DNA of 64,000 bases, from assembly GCF_001194135.2 (NCBI RefSeq), contig NC_068985.1, positions 66,905,934 to 66,969,933 on the forward strand. The letters run 5' to 3'. This document shows, piece by piece, positions 26,887 to 38,565 of the stretch. The notes beneath the pieces were generated by a model. The model saw only the letters and a list, made by a program, of their open reading frames with translations, did not search any database and was not told the origin of the DNA. Within the stretch, counting starts at the first letter, position 1; the number at the start of each line of letters is the position of its first letter. The translations under genes were made by a program, and so were the position numbers. The stretch is from Octopus bimaculoides (taxonomy: Eukaryota).

Positions 26887-26990
26887 CTTTATTTAAAAGC
26901 AGCAGAAATATAACAAAAGCTGTTACTCGTCGGATAACGCGAAACTCTGAGTAACAGCTTTTGTTATATTTCTGCTGCTTTTAAATAAAG
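26887..26990. repeat. Perfect 42-bp inverted repeat with a 20-nt spacer
   Basis: CTTTATTTAAAAGCAGCAGAAATATAACAAAAGCTGTTACTC (26887-26928) is the exact reverse complement of 26949-26990. Confidence 0.95.
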
Positions 26991-27419
26991 TATATATATA
27001 TATACTAAAGTATTTCATTGCGTGTTTGTTATTTTGTTATTCACAATATATCTATGCACAGATTAAGTTTATCTAATTTATGCAAGTGTATCTTCATTTT
27101 GTATGTTTATTATTCATAACAGCTAAGTATAACCGAACTTTAGGTCAGTTGAAATATATTTGCGACATAACCTCACTTCTAAAAGCAAATACATTACAGT
27201 TAATTTCTCTCTAATGGTAAAAGGTGTCAAGACATAATTCCCCTGTGTTTTACGCTATCGGATTCCAAGACGACCGTTTCTGGTTCTTTATCCTTACTAT
27301 TCTTACTATTCTTAGGAAACATAACCTATGGCAGATTTCTAAGCCGGAGGTTTAACTAAAAAGACAGACAACATCGTTGACTGACTTTTGCTATTCAAAC
27401 GCCTGATCTTTAGTTTTAG

Positions 27420-27525
27420 CTGCAGCTTTGAATCTATCCAGGGTTATCTCTCTTCGATATTTCAAATTGATGATAGCTAAAAATCCAGAAACGACCGTCT
27501 GGGAATCTGATTTAGGAAAGAACCG
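27420..27525 (+). CDS. Coding exon (xAALNLSRVISLRYFKLMIAKNPETTVWESDLGKNR)
   Basis: Acceptor GATCTTTAGTTTTAG|, consensus donor CCG|GTAAGT. 106 nt, only phase 1 to 2 is open. Confidence 0.65.
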
Positions 27526-27971
27526 GTAAGTATTATGCTTTTACAACTTATACTGTAAGAAGATTTCTTTTTCTCCACGGTAACTACAGTGAAGTTAAAA
27601 TATGTTACATATATTTTAACTAATCACTGCTTGGCGCATATGATATTATGCAATTATATATAAATTACTTTACTCTTGTTGGTGAATGTATGTGTGATGT
27701 ATATTTAGGTGTGCAAGTATTTTACAGAGACGATTACAAATGGTACATATATTTATATTATATATTATTTTGAGCAGTATGGAGACAAATATGCCAGTTA
27801 AGCCATCAATTTGATGGCTTCAAAATCACAATTAGAGCAATTTGCAAAATAATAAACATTTTGGTGATTTAGTTTCTATTTTCACGCAACATGATATGAT
27901 GAGAAACAAAAGTTCCTTCGAAAGCTTGCAACAGCATCACAGTTAAGTATGTTCATACTTATGTGTTTCAG

Positions 27972-28025
27972 GTTTCCATTCATTTGTCTTTGCATCATAA
28001 TATTGGCCTACCAACTCTCTGCTGA
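27972..28025 (+). CDS. Coding exon (FPFICLCIIILAYQLSAE), TM-like
   Basis: Acceptor TTATGTGTTTCAG|, donor GA|GTATGT. 54 nt, only phase 2 to 2 is open, matching both neighbours. Confidence 0.65.
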   Translation, partial: VSIHLSLHHNIGLPTLC

Positions 28026-29273
28026 GTATGTTCATGTTTCTCTAAAAAAACGTTTAAATCCTACCATCGCTCGTCCGTGATGCAAGGCCATACCACCTCA
28101 ATAGAACTTTGATCTGAAAAGCTTCAAAATCTGAGATATTACTCATTGACAGAAAAATACTGTGCTACCCTTTGTTTTCTCATTTCAAATTATGTATTCG
28201 TTTCAGTCACCTCATGGAAAAGCTATTCAATTGAAAGAGGTTTCCAATAATATATTAAGGCGTAAAGAGTGCTTATGACAAATGTTTTATAAATTTTAAC
28301 TTTTTTTTTTGAGACATCATGAGTGTATCAAATCCTCTTATAGAGATTAATAAAGTTTTACTTGTTTTTGCACAACGTGCTTTAGTAATCTCTTTATCAA
28401 CATATGAATCTTTTGTCAGTGTGGAGGAAAAATGAGAGAAAGTGTCGGGAGATTTAAGTGCTTTATTGCCAACATACGCTGTAAAGCATAACCTCTGGAT
28501 TATTGCCAGGATGCTACTGAAATACAAGCTCTGCCTTATTTTATGCATGTGTTCAAACTAAAAGATACTGCTGCTGCAAATTTATTGACGATCGTGAAGA
28601 GAAGGAGCGAACGGCGCGTTCTTATCTGCGAAGAGCAAGTCGATTATAGTTTGGGAGAAACTATCACATTTAACGCCGCAGGTTGTGTCATATCGATCAC
28701 TTTGAAAGGAAGGAAATAATGACATATCTCATTACAAATTGCTAGAAAATTTAAGAACTTCGTATAAAGGACAAAAATGAAATATGTAAATTCTATGAAA
28801 ATTTTCCCTTATACTTCCTTTATTGTTATTTCAAATTTCTAATCTTGCTTCGAAATATGACAAAAAAGGGTTGCCTCCCTTGTATTAGTTTTCACCTTTA
28901 GCAGTAACTCACCCAAAAATGTCTCCCTAAATTTATCATCAACTGTCCCCAAATTTATTTTCTGCATTATTTGCATTTAACCAGGAGAGAATGCAAATAT
29001 CCAGGGAAAAATTCCCTTCAGGTTTACGGCGAAGTTTTAAGCGGTCCATTTAATGTTAAAAATTAGTGTTCTTAAGATAGGATTTCAGATTTATGGTTAA
29101 GACTTAAGGTACATATAGCGATTAAGATTATATTTAAGCCAAGAGAAAAAAAAGGTATTTGCAAAAGTTTGATTTTGACTATTATCTTAACTATAGTCTT
29201 AAACTCCAATGCTTAAAGGATGGAATTAAGGAAAATGTAAATAAACTGTAAATTTAAAAGACCTATCTTTTAC

Positions 29274-29328
<55 letters not shown>

Positions 29329-29344
29329 ACACGTACAAATACAC

Positions 29345-29645
29345 ACACGCACACGTCAAGATCACCAGCCCTCTTTCACACGCACGTAGTACTCTCTTAC
29401 ACACACGCACACCTCCGTTTTGGGATCACTACAATTTTGTTATCTCCCCTTCGTCTTAGCTCTCCTGTGTGATCCTTCTGTTCGGCATACGCCATGATAG
29501 ATTTCTAACCACTACACACATTTTTTTCTCTGCTTGTTTCTCTCCTAGTTCTTTTCCGCGTTCCTTTCTTTGGAAAAGCGTAGGCTCAAAACGTTAATAA
29601 CTTTTTCAATTCCCGAGCGTTATACTAATACATCTGTCTTTTTTT
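29345..29645 (+). mobile_element. Penelope pLTR-like CT-rich repeat with a degenerate hammerhead-like motif
   Basis: GGAAAAGCGTAGGCTCAAAACGTTAATAACTTTTTCAATTCCCGAGCGTTA...CTAATACA is shared with 63261-63325. The pLTR assignment is inference. Confidence 0.5.
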
Positions 29646-31660
29646 GAGTGAATTCTCCCTACACACACACACACACACATACACACATACACACACACAC
29701 AGAGACACACACACACACACACANNNNNNNNNNNNNNNNNNNNNNNNNNNNNNNNNNNNNNNNNNNNNNNNNNNNNNNNNNNNNNNNNNNNNNNNNNNNN
29801 NNNNNNNNNNNNNNNNNNNNNNNNNNNNNNNNNNNNNNNNNNNNNNNNNNNNNNNNNNNNNNNNNNNNNNNNNNNNNNNNNNNNNNNNNNNNNNNNNNNN
29901 NNNNNNNNNNNNNNNNNNNNNNNNNNNNNNNNNNNNNNNNNNNNNNNNNNNNNNNNNNNNNNNNNNNNNNNNNNNNNNNNNNNNNNNNNNNNNNNNNNNN
30001 NNNNNNNNNNNNNNNNNNNNNNNNNNNNNNNNNNNNNNNNNNNNNNNNNNNNNNNNNNNNNNNNNNNNNNNNNNNNNNNNNNNNNNNNNNNNNNNNNNNN
30101 NNNNNNNNNNNNNNNNNNNNNNNNNNNNNNNNNNNNNNNNNNNNNNNNNNNNNNNNNNNNNNNNNNNNNNNNNNNNNNNNNNNNNNNNNNNNNNNNNNNN
30201 NNNNNNNNNNNNNNNNNNNNNNNNNNNNNNNNNNNNNNNNNNNNNNNNNNNNNNNNNNNNNNNNNNNNNNNNNNNNNNNNNNNNNNNNNNNNNNNNNNNN
30301 NNNNNNNNNNNNNNNNNNNNNNNNNNNNNNNNNNNNNNNNNNNNNNNNNNNNNNNNNNNNNNNNNNNNNNNNNNNNNNNNNNNNNNNNNNNNNNNNNNNN
30401 NNNNNNNNNNNNNNNNNNNNNNNNNNNNNNNNNNNNNNNNNNNNNNNNNNNNNNNNNNNNNNNNNNNNNNNNNNNNNNNNNNNNNNNNNNNNNNNNNNNN
30501 NNNNNNNNNNNNNNNNNNNNNNNNNNNNNNNNNNNNNNNNNNNNNNNNNNNNNNNNNNNNNNNNNNNNNNNNNNNNNNNNNNNNNNNNNNNNNNNNNNNN
30601 NNNNNNNNNNNNNNNNNNNNNNNNNNNNNNNNNNNNNNNNNNNNNNNNNNNNNNNNNNNNNNNNNNNNNNNNNNNNNNNNNNNNNNNNNNAACTCGAAAT
30701 AGTTCTCTTGAAATAATAAAACTCGAAGCAGAAAACACTATTGATAATAGCCCGTAAATATTGAATTAAAATCCACTGGGGTAGATATAATCAAGTGCTC
30801 TCTGGAGTGTTGGAACGTTCTTCGTCTGTAAATATGAAATAAGTTCTACCACCGAACAAAAATAGTTCTACGAATTTCTCTATTAATTTTAGAAATTTTA
30901 TTCTTTCCAGCGAAAATTGCATAATATTGACGTAGTAGTTATTCAACAACGTGCCCATGTCTAGTAAGATCCTGGAAATTACCTATCATAACATTGTAAA
31001 AAATCATCGGCAGTTATAAGGAAAGCAGATACAAGAAAATTAATTGAAGATCTTGTATACCTGTGAACTATAATTTCGAGAAATATTCTACAACTTAAAT
31101 CTGGAGTTTCGAATAAGGACTTACTCAAAGCTTCCTGGTTGCTACTCAAATTAATTTAGGAGATACTTTGAGTATCGGACAACCTGCTTATTTCCTATGA
31201 TCTTCTGTCTTTTAACTTGTTTTAATTAACACGTTGCAGGATCTCATATAGATTCACATTGATATACATGTTACCACCACTATGTAAACCAGCATATCTG
31301 TAGTTTTTGCGTATTTTTTCTCTCTAAGGAGGTGTATCTGCGTCATTTTCAAAGTTTTGCGAATGATTGATGAGGATTTTTTTAATAATGAAACACGTAA
31401 AGTTATATTTTCAATACCTCGATGAAATCTTGTATGTGTTTCGTAAAGATTGTCGAAATGATTTGTATATGCGTGTGGTAATTTTCAAGCCAGATTCTTG
31501 CTTTATAAGTCACTGATACTTATATGAATAGAATAGTATATTGCAATATGAAAATGTGAACAATTACACTTAATTTTTTTCTTTTCATTTCTTCTCATAT
31601 AAAAGATACGAAAAAGAGCACCAAGAAACTTCAAATTTTATATTATATCATATCATTCAG

Positions 31661-31898
31661 GTGGTTACTGACTAGAAGAGAGATGCGCTGTATAAATGAG
31701 CTTCTAGTAGGCAGATTATTGACGTTGACTTTTAAACTGATGACAGTGATTATCATTCCTTCTTGGCTTAGGTGCAAAACAACTGAACAGAAGTCCAGGC
31801 TCCTTAAAGCAATAGATATCCAGAATGTGAATACGAACACTGAGATACTGTGTATAAAATATTTTCATATCTCAGTCGCTGAATTCTTGGCAAGTTCC
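31661..31898 (+). CDS. Coding exon (WLLTRREMRCINELLVGRLLTLTFKLMTVIIIPSWLRC...HISVAEFLASS)
   Basis: Acceptor TATCATATCATTCAG|, consensus donor TCC|GTGAGT. 238 nt with 79 open codons, only in phase 2. Read-through would stop at 31943. Confidence 0.65.
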
Positions 31899-32557
31899 GT
31901 GAGTTTGTTATCAGACATTTGCTGTTCAACTAGTTTTGCATAAATGTGTATTCGATGAAGCAAACGGACATTTGTCTCATTTTTATATCGCCTTATTTTC
32001 GTTTTCCTAGTAAATGTGCGCACATTATTCTTAAATGTATAACTTGATCTGTTTTCATTCGTGCCATTTACAATTATACCATTTTACACATTGCCGATGC
32101 GGCCCCGAGAGACACTACACAACTCTAGGTGTAGTTTTTATAAGTTTTTCAATAAAATACACATATTGATGCTTTTAACGATTATTCTATAATACAGTCC
32201 CACTTTTGTAATTCAAATTATGTATATCAACATTTTGAAACATGTTCAGTGTAGAGAATATAAACGCAGAAAATATTTTACCAAATCTTTTAATGTAGCA
32301 AGGGCAGCTTTTTTTCCACCCGAGTCGGTTATAATCCCAAATAATTTATGTTGTTATATATATCTATAGCCATTTCGGGATACACATTAAATGTGGTTCT
32401 GTTACATATTTTTCGAAACTTCAGTGATTCATAATGTAAACAGAATTACTTTCTCTCATGTAGGATCAAAACGTTAAATTATATGGAACGGAGACCTAGT
32501 TGTTCCTTGGGGACAATGGTTAGCACGTTTGTCAAGGTATTTATCCTTTTGAGTTTT

Positions 32558-32638
<81 letters not shown>

Positions 32639-33495
32639 NNNNNNNNNNNNNNNNNNNNNNNNNNNNNNNNNNNNNNNNNNNNNNNNNNNNNNNNNNNNNN
32701 NNNNNNNNNNNNNNNNNNNNNNNNNNNNNNNNNNNNNNNNNNNNNNNNNNNNNNNNNNNNNNNNNNNNNNNNNNNNNNNNNNNNNNNNNNNNNNNNNNNN
32801 NNNNNNNNNNNNNNNNNNNNNNNNNNNNNNNNNNNNNNNNNNNNNNNNNNNNNNNNNNNNNNNNNNNNNNNNNNNNNNNNNNNNNNNNNNNNNNNNNNNN
32901 NNNNNNNNNNNNNNNNNNNNNNNNNNNNNNNNNNNNNNNNNNNNNNNNNNNNNNNNNNNNNNNNNNNNNNNNNNNNNNNNNNNNNNNNNNNNNNNNNNNN
33001 NNNNNNNNNNNNNNNNNNNNNNNNNNNNNNNNNNNNNNNNNNNNNNNNNNNNNNNNNNNNNNNNNNNNNNNNNNNNNNNNNNNNNNNNNNNNNNNNNNNN
33101 NNNNNNNNNNNNNNNNNNNNNNNNNNNNNNNNNNNNNNNNNNNNNNNNNNNNNNNNNNNNNNNNNNNNNNNNNNNNNNNNNNNNNNNNNNNNNNNNNNNN
33201 NNNNNNNNNNNNNNNNNNNNNNNNNNNNNNNNNNNNNNNNNNNNNNNNNNNNNNNNNNNNNNNNNNNNNNNNNNNNNNNNNNNNNNNNNNNNNNNNNNNN
33301 NNNNNNNNNNNNNNNNNNNNNNNNNNNNNNNNNNNNNNNNNNNNNNNNNNNNNNNNNNNNNNNNNNNNNNNNNNNNNNNNNNNNNNNNNNNNNNNNNNNN
33401 NNNNNNNNNNNNNNNNNNNNNNNNNNNNNNNNNNNNNNNNNNNNNNNNNNNNNNNNNNNNNNNNNNNNNNNNNNNNNNNNNNNNNNNNNNNNNNA

Positions 33496-34254
33496 GTTTC
33501 CACAAAAACCTTTCACCGGGATCTGCACAAAGCCATATTTCACGTGAAGGCTGCAATCAGAAAACCACTACTTTCAAAAACAAACATTGTAAAGGGTTTA
33601 GAGTGGAGTAAAAACCTACAGAATTGGTCCCTAGAACAGTGGAGGAATGTTATTTTCTCGGTCGAGTCATTCTTTACCTTATTTCCGAACACCGGCCGAG
33701 TATACGTGTGGAGACAGCCAAAAGAAGCATTTGACCCAGACTACCTTCTTCCAACTGTTAAACACGGAGGAGGATCTGTGATGATCTGGGGAGCTATATC
33801 TTGGAAATACGCCGGCCCAATAGTTTCCCTTCATGGTCAAATTAATAGTCAAGTCTGTTTAAGCATTTTATCTGATCAAATTCATCCTATGGTTTCGGAA
33901 CTATTTCTTGTGGGGAAACGTAATCTTTCAGGATGATAATACACCAATTCACATAGCTAAAATTGTTACAAAATGGCACGAGGAACATTCTAGTGAAGTT
34001 GAACATCTTATTTGGCCATCACAATCCTCAGATCTCAATATTATTGAAAATATCCTCCACCATCATCCCTATATGAATTGGAGAATGTTTTAACTGAAGA
34101 ATGGACGAAAATGCCTTTGGAAACAATTCAAACTTTCTTCTAGTCCATACTTCGTAGAATTCAGGCTGTAATTACTTCCAAAGGCGGTCCTATCCCATTT
34201 AAAAATAATTTTGTCTGCAAATTTCAGGTAGTTTCATTATTTGTCCTACCCCTG
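33496..34254 (+). mobile_element. Tc1-like DD36E (Incomer-like) transposon; 5' part lost in a gap
   Basis: WRNVIFSVES, TVKHGGGSVMIWG, and FQDDNTPIH...WHEEHSSEVEHLIWPSQSSDLNIIE with 36 residues between D and E. Ends ...CTACCCCTG|TA. Confidence 0.9.
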
Positions 34255-34269
34255 TATGTATAGTTTTTT

Positions 34270-34770
34270 TTATTACCACCTCGCATGTTTGGCACACGAT
34301 GATGGTGATGTCACCAACAAACGCTGTTGCAGTTCATCAACAGCTCAGATCACGTGGGATGCCCCTAAAACATCCAACATTCGCATCAATGGCTCAAGAG
34401 CCAACATAAACAAAAGCGGAGATAGGGGACTCCCTGTTGAACAGGGCGCTGAAAGTCGAAAGTTTCGAAAAGAAACCGTTCACACGGACGATAGACTCGA
34501 TGTTGCTGTACAAAGCAGTGATCCAGCTTCGGAAAGTCGAACCCAGCCCGGCCGCCCCGATGGTCAACTGTATCGAATGCTTTAGACTGTTCTAAATGTA
34601 TCAATGACCCACGTTTGACAGACATTTTACCCATTCGCTCTCAGGTGTAGTGGATGAGGTGGAGATTGCCGCGTATCGTCCTGCCGGGGATGGCGCACAT
34701 TTGCGCCTCTCCCACAAGACTGTCCACGACTAGCCCCAACCTCTTTGCTAGCACCTTGGCCAAAATATTT
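34270..34770 (-). mobile_element. Tx1/L1-clade LINE RT fragment
   Basis: ILAKVLAKRLGLVVDSLVGEAQMCAIPGRTI, EQSKAFDTVDH, RPVQQGVP. Confidence 0.9.
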
Positions 34771-34909
34771 TTCGAGAAAAAAAAATTTGATGAAAAAAAA
34801 ATTTCTAAGAAATGAAAGGAATAATAGAGCAGTTTTAAAAAAGGGGTTATGAGAAAATAATATACAAAATGTATAACATAAGGAGAATATGTTTTTTATA
34901 AAAAGAGGA

Positions 34910-37183
34910 GCATCCTGCCTGGCAATCCGCGTCTCTCGGCATGCGAGGCTGAGTGCTGTGAAGGACCGATCACAGCGGAGGAAATCATGAAGTACGAGTG
35001 CTCCAGAGACAGGTAGCCGGGACATGATGGTCTGTCTACCTTACGAGCTTTTCAAAAGTATGCCAGACTTATTCGGGCACCTACTGGCCAGCGTCTGTGC
35101 CAACGGGCAGCAGATTGGGAGAATTCCCAAGGCTGCGAGCCGGAGGGTGGTGACGTTGATCAGAAAGGACTCGAGCGAGAGGATCATTATAGTAATTTTA
35201 GGCCCATAACACTGTTAAACACAGAGGTAAATATTTTGGCCAAGGTGCTAGCAAATAGGTTGGCGCTGGTCGTGGACCGTCTTTTTAGGGAGGAGCAAAC
35301 GTGCGCCATCCCTGGCAGGACGATACACGGCAAACTCCACCTCATACGCTACACCTTAGAGCGGGTGAGTAAATTTATTTGGCGAAGGTGGGGCACTGGT
35401 ACATTTAGACCAGTCTAAAGCATTCGATAGTTTTGAACATCGGTACCTGGTGGAAGTCCTCGGGGCGGCCGGGCTTAGCCCGACTTTCCGAACCTGGATC
35501 ACTGCTTTGTACAGCAACATCAAGTCTAACGTTCGGTTAAACTGTTTCTTTTCGAAACCATTCGACATTAAGCGCTCTGTTCGACAGGAATGTGCCCTGT
35601 CTCAGTTTTTGTATGTGTTGGCTCATGAGCCATTGGTGCGAAGGTTGGATGCTTTTGGAGGCATCCCGCGTGATCTGAGCTGTTGATGAACTGCATCAGC
35701 GTTATGTAGAAAACGCCATTAGAAGATGCGAAGCGGTGGCAGGGGCAAAAAATTAACCAGGATAAATCAATCGGCTTGCAACTCGGGGCAAGTTGATGTC
35801 GATCCGGTTAGCATGTTCGGAATCTGGTTCGCTCCGGACCTCCAGATAGAGAAATATTGGAGTGCGGTCACAAGCATGGTTACTGTCCTAACCCAGATTT
35901 GGTCTGGAAGGGCGTTATCACTATTAAGGAGGGAGGAGGTGACACAGATGTACAGAGCATCTGTAACCATCTACCGTCTGACCGGCGTGCCTTGCCCCGA
36001 TTCGTGACTGAGCAAGTTGGAACAACTCCGCTCCTGTTTTTTGTGGAAGGGGGCTCCACTTGTAAGGCGCTCGATTTGCTGCCATACGCCTTTAACGTGT
36101 GGGCAAGGGATGCCGTGGCTGAAGATGCGCAGGTTTAGGCATCTCTGGCTTTATCTGGATGGTGATCCGGTGTGGTCACCGCTTGTGAAGTTTTTCTTAG
36201 CGCTACTGACCTCTCAACTGGAGTTGGGTCCTTGGGTCAGGCGGAGACCTAGAATGGATGCCTGGCAGCTAGAGTGCCGACAAGCACTAACGCTACTCTT
36301 CCGGGAGGGCAATACCAGTAGCTAGAGTTCCATTGCAAACTTCTATAGCGGGTTAGTAGAGTTTAAGTCAGAAGATATCTAAGGGGAAACGCTAGACTTT
36401 GATGGAAATCATTTAACCAACCTGTTCGAAAGAACCTTCAGGCCGGGTTATCTGGATAATTACCAGAAATCCCTGACCTGGATGTGTTACCGATCAGTCT
36501 TATTTGTTCTATGGAGGTTAGTAAGGCACAGGTGTGTCATCCTACCGACCTGTGCAAGGTGCGGGTAAGACAGTGAAATTGTCCTGCACACTTTTGTGCA
36601 GTGTACGGGGATTAGGGAAGTGACATCCTATGTCGAGCTGTTATTTCTCAACGAGAGAAAGAGTGCAGCTACCAGCTGAATCTATCATTAAGATTGTGCC
36701 GCCCTCCTCCCTGAACAGGGAAAGAAAGGCCTGTTTTCTCTGTCTAGTGGCCATACTGAAAGAGACAATATGGAGAACATGTGTAAAAGGGATCGCATGA
36801 GGTACCTTCATCTCTTGCCGGGGTTGGTTATTTTAGCCACCATCTCGAAAGTAAAACCCGTTTGGAGAAGAGATACCTGTTCCATATTGTGATTGGTAAA
36901 AGATGGACGAACGTGGTGAGAAAGTTGCGAGTAAATGGAAATGTTTAAGTGCAGCCATCCTACGACATAAAGGGATACACTGGAGACCTGCGGTGGGTGA
37001 ACCAACCGTCGATAGAAAGTAAATTTCTAATTATTTCCTCGTTTTGATAGAATTTTTATTCCATTTCGTTATTCGATTTCATTATATTTATCATCGCTCT
37101 CCCAGCGCAATATATATTAATTTCACCGCCCTTGTGATGTCCCCTCTGTGTTGAGCCCTATACGGCTAAAAAAAAAAAAAAAA
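34910..37183 (+). mobile_element. 5'-truncated Tx1/L1-clade LINE (RT to poly-A), with stops and frameshifts
   Basis: AKVLANRLALVVDR...QTCAIPGRTI, KAFD, SVRQECALSQFLYVLAHEPL, CFLWKG...PWLKMRR. The 3' end reads GTCCCCTCTGTGTTGAGCCC...(A)15. Confidence 0.92.
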
Positions 37184-38192
37184 TTGCCGTCTGAAGGGAG
37201 TACATGAATTCCAACTGTATGAAACTTTTAGTAGTGTGGGCTATACATGTGCGGTGGTCACAAAAAACAATATTTACTCTCGTTAGATGGAGAACTCCTT
37301 TTGTTAGATCTGGTCATACGGACTTATTCATATATATGTGTGCGTGTATATATATATATATATATACATACATATATATATATATATATATTAGTTTATG
37401 TATATATTAATATTATCTCAGTTATTAAAACTGTCGATAATTTAAATACGTTCATAGTTACCAGAGGTAGCAAAATTACACTAAGAAACAAGATATCACA
37501 GCCGTTTTACAGGTAGAGATACCAAGTTAAAGTGATACATTTTGAGAAGATATGGAAAATATCGTAAGTTACCCTATCTTTTCGNNNNNNNNNNNNNNNN
37601 NNNNNNNNNNNNNNNNNNNNNNNNNNNNNNNNNNNNNNNNNNNNNNNNNNNNNNNNNNNNNNNNNNNNNNNNNNNNNNNNNNNNNNNNNNNNNNNNNNNN
37701 NNNNNNNNNNNNNNNNNNNNNNNNNNNNNNNNNNNNNNNNNNNNNNNNNNNNNNNNNNNNNNNNNNNNNNNNNNNNNNNNNNNNNNNNNNNNNNNNNNNN
37801 NNNNNNNNNNNNNNNNNNNNNNNNNNNNNNNNNNNNNNNNNNNNNNNNNNNNNNNNNNNNNNNNNNNNNNNNNNNNNNNNNNNNNNNNNNNNNNNNNNNN
37901 NNNNNNNNNNNNNNNNNNNNNNNNNNNNNNNNNNNNNNNNNNNNNNNNNNNNNNNNNNNNNNNNNNNNNNNNNNNNNNNNNNNNNNNNNNNNNNNNNNNN
38001 NNNNNNNNNNNNNNNNNNNNNNNNNNNNNNNNNNNNNNNNNNNNNNNNNNNNNNNNNNNNNNNNNNNNNNNNNNNNNNNNNNNNNNNNNNNNNNNNNNNN
38101 NNNNNNNNNNNNNNNNNNNNNNNNNNNNNNNNNNNNNNNNNNNNNNNNNNNNNNNNNNNNNNNNNNNNNNNNNNNNNNNNNNNNNNNNNNNN

Positions 38193-38253
<61 letters not shown>

Positions 38254-38353
38254 GAGAAAGAGAGAGAAATAGAGACAGAGACAGAGTGTGAAAGAGAGAG
38301 TGAGAGAGATTGAGAGGGTGAGAGAGTGAGAGAGAAAAAAGTATATCTTCAAG

Positions 38354-38565
38354 TAGACTTGGTCAACGAGCAATACCGTGCCTTGCTCAAGAAAAAAGTG
38401 CGCTGCTCTACAAAGAAAGCTGCATTTTTCGCTTTCCAGGCTCAACGGATGCTCAATCCAGTATATTTAGCATTGGAGATTATTTTCATATCCTTTTTAT
38501 CTCGTCTCAGTTCCAATGAATATCTATTTATAGATCTATTAATATATCACTTAATGTCCTATTGA
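38354..38565 (+). CDS. Candidate downstream/terminal exon (DLVNEQYRALLKKKVRCSTKK...AQRMLNPVYLALEIIFISFLSRL...)
   Basis: Open frame that looks more GC-rich than its flanks. Acceptors at 38353/38356 (phase 1) or a strong CATTTTTCGCTTTCCAG| at 38439 (phase 0, compatible with 31898). Stop at 38565, AATAAA near 38817. Confidence 0.35.

Noticed and set aside
30911-30963. 53-nt exon-like segment with good acceptor and GTAAGA donor (RKLHNIDVVVIQQRAHV)
   Set aside because: Phase 0 to 2 does not follow exon 28025, and its TA| end would create TAG with either downstream exon. It shows the chance rate of such motifs.
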